A DNA stretch of 43,325 bases, the filler included, from Jimgerdemannia flammicorona (Eukaryota): NCBI GenBank assembly GCA_003990765.1. It is 2 parts of 2 records of this genome, joined end to end, with 100 filler letters (N's around TTAATTAATTAA, not from the genome) between each part and the next. Parts side by side here need not be neighbours in the genome. Positions count along the whole stretch, not along the records: positions 21,715 to 43,325 come from RBNJ01001423.1; 1 more part is not named here. The stretch is one strand, 5' to 3'. Both the position numbers and the translations under genes were made by a program. Below the pieces are notes generated by a model that searched no databases, was not told the DNA's origin, and saw nothing but the letters and a program-made list of their open reading frames with translations. Position 1 is the stretch's first letter. Each line of letters opens with the position of its first letter. This document shows positions 36,790 through 43,325 of the stretch, piece by piece.

Positions 36790-37746
36790 TAGTACTCCAA
36801 ATAAGTTAATTCAATCTAGATTGAATTCAGATTGATTTGGATTGAATCTTATCTAGATCAACTTAGATAGAAAATAAGCTGATTCAGATTAATTCAAATT
36901 GAATATTGTTTTAATTTTCAAATTAGATAATTAAATATTTACATCAATAACTTGATATATAATTATTTAATTTTGATAATTATAGTGTTATTTTAAAGCT
37001 CTTAATAAGGTCTTTCTAATAATATCAAGAATATTGAAATTAGATCATATATTGCTGAGTCATCAAGAAAAATATCCAACTTACTAATTTTGGAAATTAT
37101 TCAACTTTGCTGATTTTGGAAATTTCTTCAAAAGAATATTTTCCTTAATAGTTTAGCAATATATTATCTGATTTTAATATTCTTGATATTATTAGAAAGG
37201 TCTTATTAAGGGCTTTTGAATAGTGCTCCTAACAAATAAAATCAAGGTCTAATTCAATTTAAATTTTGATTTGAACCTAAATTTTTAAAATTCAATAACT
37301 TGACAGAAAAATATCCAAATTTAATGATCTTTATTATACTGGATTTGCCTTATCAGGGCAAATCCAATAAGCTAAAATTCATCAAATTTGGATATATTTT
37401 CACCAAGTTATTGTATTTTAAAGTTTGACTTTCAATTTCAAATTAAATTAGACCTCAATTCAATTTAAATGATTCAAATTAGATCTCTATTCAAATTGAA
37501 AAATCTCCAATTTAATTTGATTTGAATTGATTTGATTTATTTGAGAGCACTACTTTTAAATAATACTATGATTATTAAAATTAGATAATTATATATATAT
37601 CAAGTTATTAATATAAATATTTAATTATCTAATTTTGAAAATTAAAACAATGTTTGATTTAAATTGATCTGGTTTCTATCTGAGTTGATCCAGATCAACT
37701 TAAATCTGATTCAAATTTAATCTGGATCAACTTGTTCAGAGTACTA
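36790..37746. mobile_element. hAT-family palindromic MITE (same family as 26996-27578) containing a nested MITE
   Basis: TAGTACTCC...GAGTACTA termini and a perfect 8-bp TSD AGTATAAT (36782-36789, 37747-37754). Confidence 0.92.
37221..37552. mobile_element. Nested 332-bp hAT MITE of a second subfamily
   Basis: TAGTGCTCC...GAGCACTA termini, 8-bp TSD CTTTT(G/A)AA (37213-37220, 37553-37560), internally palindromic. Confidence 0.9.
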
Positions 37747-38099
37747 AGTATAATAGTTATATAAGATAAAGTAATTAAATCTGAAAGATTTTTAGTAGAT
37801 CTAAAGTAGCTTAAAGTGATACTTATAGATTTAAGTAGTTTTAAGGATTTCTAGAGAAAATAAGCTAAGTTTTAAGTAGAGAAAGAGGATATTTATATAA
37901 AATCTGAAAAAAAAAACTGAAAAAATCTTAGAAATAAAAAGAAAAGCTAAGAAAATAGTTCTTAGTAAAGATAACTAATAAAATTTTATAATATTCTAAA
38001 GTATTCTATAATTAGCTAAAATAAGATACTTAGTATTGAAAAAATAATAATAAGAATGTTCTAGTAAAGTCTTAGTACTAAGAGAGGATTTTTAAGTAT

Positions 38100-41000
38100 T
38101 ATAATATAGCAGATACATAACTATATAAGTATGTTGGATTTCTGTATTTTGAAAACTTAATCTTCTTTGACTCTGCAGAGTCTTCAGAATATAGAGATGA
38201 GTGAGTTCAAAGTATATCTGTCTGTATACTTACTAGTTCTTTTACTTTTTCTTTACTTTAAACTATTTTAATCTAAAGTTTATTTATTTATTTACTTTAG
38301 ATACTGGAGATATTTATATAAATTTACTAGCTATAAGGTGGTTAAGTTATGACTATATTTTCTATAATCTTTAATATCTGTTAAATCTTTAATAATTATC
38401 AAAACTTTAACATTTGTAAATATTTTAACATTTGCAAATACTTTAATATTTGTTAAAGTTTCTATATTTATAAAATATAACTACTATTTGTAAGGCTACA
38501 CTATATTTGGGAATTGGATTTAGATATTTTTTTTTTATTATTATTCAGGTACTATAATCAAATATCTATTTCTCAGATTTAAATTACTAATTTAGATCAA
38601 CCATCACAACTTTCTCCTGAATAGGTAATTCATTTCTGAAATATCTCATTTATTCAAACTCTCAAGTTTTCATAATTTATATCTCTTTATACTATATAAT
38701 TTGTATCATTAAGTTCTCCTAATAGTATCTCTTGATATATTCAAAGTCTTCTGAGACTATTCCTCAGAAATGGGTTAGAGCTGACTCATTATCTTTAAAT
38801 AACTTATTAACTTATTTGGCAATTGTAATCTGAGTATGAGAGAACTGGTACTCTCTAATCCAGTCTTCTTTTCTTATCTCTGGCTATGAGTTTAGTAGCT
38901 GTCCCAACTTGAAGTATTTTTGAAACTTGATCTAGTTCTGATAGACCTTGAAATATGAGATTTATATCAAGTATATCTGGACTATACTCTGGATGCTATT
39001 AAAGGATTCTTCTATAATTAATAGTTCAGTAGTATACTATTGTCTTTTTATAACTTATTATATAGCACTAGTGATCTTGAGGATTATAACAGTACTTTGT
39101 TAATTAGTTATGATACTTCTTGAGTTGGTTTCAGTAAATGGTAGTGAGGATAATTGTACTTAAGAGTTTTCATAACCAAAAGATAGTTTCTTTTATATCT
39201 TATATCAAGTAAGATTCTTCTCACTTAGGCTCTAGCTTTCATAACTATAAAGCTTCTACTATATTCTAATATATCAGAACTTTGTCTCCTATCTTGATAA
39301 TCTCTAGAGACTTGTAAATCTTTTCTATATTATTCTATTATAGTGTCTGTACCTTGATTATATAATCCTCAGCCTTTTTTCTGATTTGGTATAGTCTCTA
39401 TATCTCTGTATCCACACATTTCTATATAGTATCTCTATTGAATTATAAGATTCCTTAAGAACTTTCTTTTCTGAATAGCATTTCTCAAAGGGTGAAATGG
39501 GTGCTTTGTAATCAGATATCTTAGAGAGTAGATAATACTATTAGCAGATAGTGATCTCAGTTTTCATAATTATTATAGATCTTGGCAATGATGTTCTTGA
39601 GAGTCTTATTGATCCTTTCTGCTTATCTATTTTTCTGAAAGTGATAGGCTGTAGTCTGAATGTGCTGGATATTATACTTCTTGTAGAAAATCTCAAAGAA
39701 CTAGTTTACAAATTTTGTTTCTTTATCTGTAGTTACTTATGATGAGGTCTTGAATCAGCAGATTATTTCTTTATAAAAGAAATCAGCAATTGACTGTACA
39801 TTAACTTCTTTGAGAGATTCTATCTCTATCCATTTCATAAAAAGGTCTATGATAATAATAATATATCAGTTGCCAGTCAAAGTCAAGAGTAGAGGGTCAA
39901 TTATATCTATTGTAATATATATAAAGAGTACTAGTTCTATATATACTAATTCTGAGGTCTGATTTATTGATCTTGTTTCTATTTTTGATATTTATCACAG
40001 ATCTTAACAAATTGTCTAATATCTTCCTCCATTCTTAACTACTACATTGTTCTTCTTACTTTATTATATATATTTGTTCCTTCTAGATAGCTAAATTTAT
40101 ATACTGATTTCATTACTTATTCCTTCTTATGTTCAGATATAACTAATAGTTTCCTTTTTTTAATATTTCTCCATTAGTCTCAAATTACTTCTGATAATCA
40201 TTTGTGTCCATTTTTCCAGATATTCACTGTTCCAGATAGTTAGTAATTCTATAGTAGAATTCCTTATTTATAGTTGATTTGCTGGTTGGGAGTCCTTTAG
40301 AATGTCTATGAGAGAGTGTCTGTATTGGTATTAGTTCTTCTGGAGCAGTGTATGATAGTTATATTATAAGCTTACAACTTTATAATCTATCTAGAATAGA
40401 TTTCTTTGGGTGCCCAGTAGTCAGTAGCCAAGTGAGGGCTGAGTGGTCTGTCTGAATAGTGAAGTATCTTTCTACAAGATAGTAGTAGAACTTCTCTATA
40501 GTCCAGATAACTATAAGATATTTCAACTTATAGGATTTATACTCTTTTTCAACTTCTCAGATTTCTTAGCTGAGATATACATATGATTATATATTCTACT
40601 TTATCTTTCTTCTAGACCAGAACTACTCCTAGTTTTTGTATACTTACATCTATCTATAGGATAAATTCCTAAGTCCAATCTGGTCTTCTAAGAATAGGTA
40701 CTTGGGTCAGCCTGATCTTAAGCTTATCAAATGCTTTCTGTTGTCTACTGGTCTATTAGAACTTGACATTATTCTTATTGAGTTTATAGATTGGGTCTAT
40801 AATATTTGATAAATCTATAGTAGTAAGAGATGAGTCTCATAAAGACTTAGGCTTCAGTAACTGTGGTAGGTCTTGAGTATACTACTACTGCTTGAATCTT
40901 GAGGAGATCTGTATGTATTCTATCTCAGTTAATGATATGACTAAGGTAAAAGATTTCAATTTCTACAAATTTATACTTCTTTAGCTTGATATATAAGCTA

Positions 41001-42666
41001 TACTATCTTAGCTTCTTTATTATCTACTGAATATACTATAGATATTCTTTAGCTATCTTACTAAAATGATAATATTATCTATATAGACTATTATCTATCT
41101 TCTTATATTATAGTAGAAGATTTTATTTATTATTTTCTGAAAGCTTACTGGTATATATATATTCTGAATATCATTTTAGATATAGGTTTTATCTGAAGTG
41201 ATAAAGACTGACTTCTCACTTACTACTTCTGTTAGGATAATTTGATAGAATCCTGAATATAAGTCCAAGGTACTATAGTACTGTACTTTATCTTCTAAGG
41301 TTACAAGGATATTACTGATGAGAGGCAGTAGCTGGCAATCCTTCTTGGTAATCAGGTTGAGCTTTTTATAATCAGTATAGAGTCTTGAGATAAATTCTTC
41401 TGACTTGCTTTTTTTTTTTGAAGCTAGTATAACTGGTAAAGCCCAAGGGCTACTGGCTTCTTTGATGATACTGACTTCTTCCATCTGCTTGATTTTTTCT
41501 CTGAGCCATTCACAGTAAACTAGTGGTATTGGCCTTACTTTTTGGTAGATTGGTTTGGTGTCTCTTATATCTATATCATAATAGTAGTGTGGGGTCTTTC
41601 TCTTGATATCCTTAAAGTCTATAGCTAGGATATCCTCAAATTTATAGAGTATCTTCTTGAGTTTCTTCTTGAGTAGAAATTTATCTCCAATAGTATAGCT
41701 ATACTTGTTTGTAATTTTCTCCTTCTTGTAATCTAGTTTGGTAATCTTAATATTAGTGAATACTTCTCTTTCTGTAGATCTGAATCCTTTCTTTCCTCTT
41801 TCTGTTTCTTCTAACTTCTTGACTTTTATAATCTTTGGCTGAAGAACTGAAAAGATCAATGTCTATATCAATTGATTCTTCTCCTTAATTGAAAATAGAA
41901 TCATAGAATTGTAGTTTCTAACAATAAGTAATATCTCTCTAATATAATCTGAATTAATAACTCCTCCTTTAATTGTAATCTCACTTTTAGTCAGGCTACT
42001 TTTTGTCTTAAAAATTCCAATATAGTCTTTTGAAATAGTTATCTCTAGACTGGTTACTAGTAGGGTAGTTATCTGAGGCTTAAGTATAGTTTTTTTTACT
42101 GTAGTGATATCTATTTTAGCTGTATTTTCTGACTTATATTCTGATAGAACTACATCAGGGTAGATCCTCCAAATCTTGACCTTGATTTCTTCTTCATTAT
42201 CACTGTCTTTCAGAAGAGCTAGTAGTTCATTATCCTCTTTCTCCTCCTTCTTTTCTTTTGCCTGCTTTTTGAGAGTCTTTTATCTTTTTTTATAGTAGAT
42301 CTTCTTGATACTATTAGTATACTGATAGTAATTATTGATATGCTCTATATAGTATATCTTGATTCTATAAGAACAGACTCCTTGTAGTACATATCTTTCT
42401 ATAATCTTCTTATACTAGTCTTCTTCACTAATTTATCTAACCTTCTTCTTCTTTTTTTGAATAGTTACTATATAGGCTTCCTCTTGCTCACTTTCTTCTT
42501 TCTCTATCTCAGATAGTACTTCTTTATTAATATTGATGGGAATTCACATCTTCTGATCTCAGTAGATGATCTGTATCTTCTGGACATTCAGATTAATTAT
42601 TGCTCTAGCTTTATGAAGCTACTGATTACCAATAAGGATATTATAATTAATAGTATTAGTTATAAT
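38100..42666 (-). mobile_element. Second dUTPase-Gypsy copy, 5'-truncated within protease
   Basis: Colinear with 1418-5966. 3' LTR at 38100-38608 (TGTGATGG start), dUTPase at about 41765-42190, RT/RH/IN relics. Homology stops at about 42666. Confidence 0.92.
38609..39111 (-). pseudogene. Accessory ORF downstream of integrase, dUTPase-Gypsy copy 2
   Basis: ATA (possibly from ATG) overlaps the pol stop. In-frame KFQKYFKLGQLLNS*PEIRKEDWIREYQFSHTQITIAK*VNKLFKDNESALTHF*GIVSEDFEYI. Confidence 0.68.
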
Positions 42667-43325
42667 AGAATATTCCTTATGATCAGTATACTATATAATC
42701 TAGAAATCTATTAAATAGATATTAAGACAGTAATCCTAAATAGTAATATAGATACCAAACTATATATCTGTTAACTATAAGGATATAAACTCTATAATAA
42801 TGATAAGAATGAGTTAATATATAAACTATATAAGGAATTATATAATATCAAATAAGTAGAGCAACTATAGAATAAAATAATTAATAAATATCTTCTTAAT
42901 AATAGATTTATCTACTGTAAAGTAAACAATTACATATATATTCAGTACTATAATAATAATAGTATAGTCTTCATCAGCATCTAGATTGATGATATAATTA
43001 TTATTACTAGTAAGAATAGGTTTAATAAAGTTAAAAAAGCCTTATGCTAAAAATTCAGAATGATAGATATAAGTGATATATATATATATATCTCTTTGAC
43101 TGTTTTGCACCTATATTTAGAGGCAATATTTTAAAAGTTTATAACTTTTAAAATTATAATAGCTTTTAAAAAAAATTTTATCAATAATTTTTTATATAAT
43201 AATTCTACCTTTGGTAAAAATTTTATAAAAAAAAAAAAATTGTTTTTAAACAAATTGAGATATATTTTTAACAGAAAAACAATGTTTCAAAAAATCATTT
43301 TTTTCAAACTTTAATTTGTCTGCTA

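Noticed and set aside
42661..43100. Possible LTR start (TATAATAGAAT, compare TGTAATAGAAT) at the point where Gypsy copy 2 breaks off
   Set aside because: The match is only 11 nt in very AT-rich sequence. No further similarity, end or TSD was found.

Overview
Eukaryotic, probably fungal, heterochromatin-like nest of transposable elements. No intact host gene is recognisable. The fungal assignment is an inference from the short GT-AG introns, the chromovirus and the L1/Tx1-like LINE. Most copies are heavily eroded by C>T/G>A transitions, while a few younger ones still keep CpG. Left of an artificial 100-bp contig spacer (21615-21714) lie: a full-length dUTPase-bearing Ty3/Gypsy element (1418-9408, minus, 4-bp TSD) with a poly(A)-tailed LINE 3' end inserted in gag; a Ty1/copia RT-RNaseH relic interrupted by a 1.57-kb solo LTR and an 860-bp foldback element; a 3'-truncated L1/Tx1-like LINE; a 22-bp tandem array; and the 5' end of a young hAT transposon. 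Right of the spacer lie: a full-length LINE (minus) carrying four nested insertions (a second 1.57-kb solo LTR, a nearly pure poly(A) retro-insertion, a hAT MITE, an internally deleted chromovirus); nested hAT MITEs; and a second, truncated dUTPase-Gypsy copy. The main observation is that three different LTR-retrotransposon families here carry a homologous accessory ORF that I cannot assign to any known family (core EYx(1-2)[IL]GxxL...AK[KR][VI]xx[IL][FM]x6[IL]xx[LF]xx[VI]x[LV]xDFxx[IL]). It appears in three architectures: abutting the pol stop, as a separate TATA-preceded unit ending at the PPT, and wholly inside the LTR.
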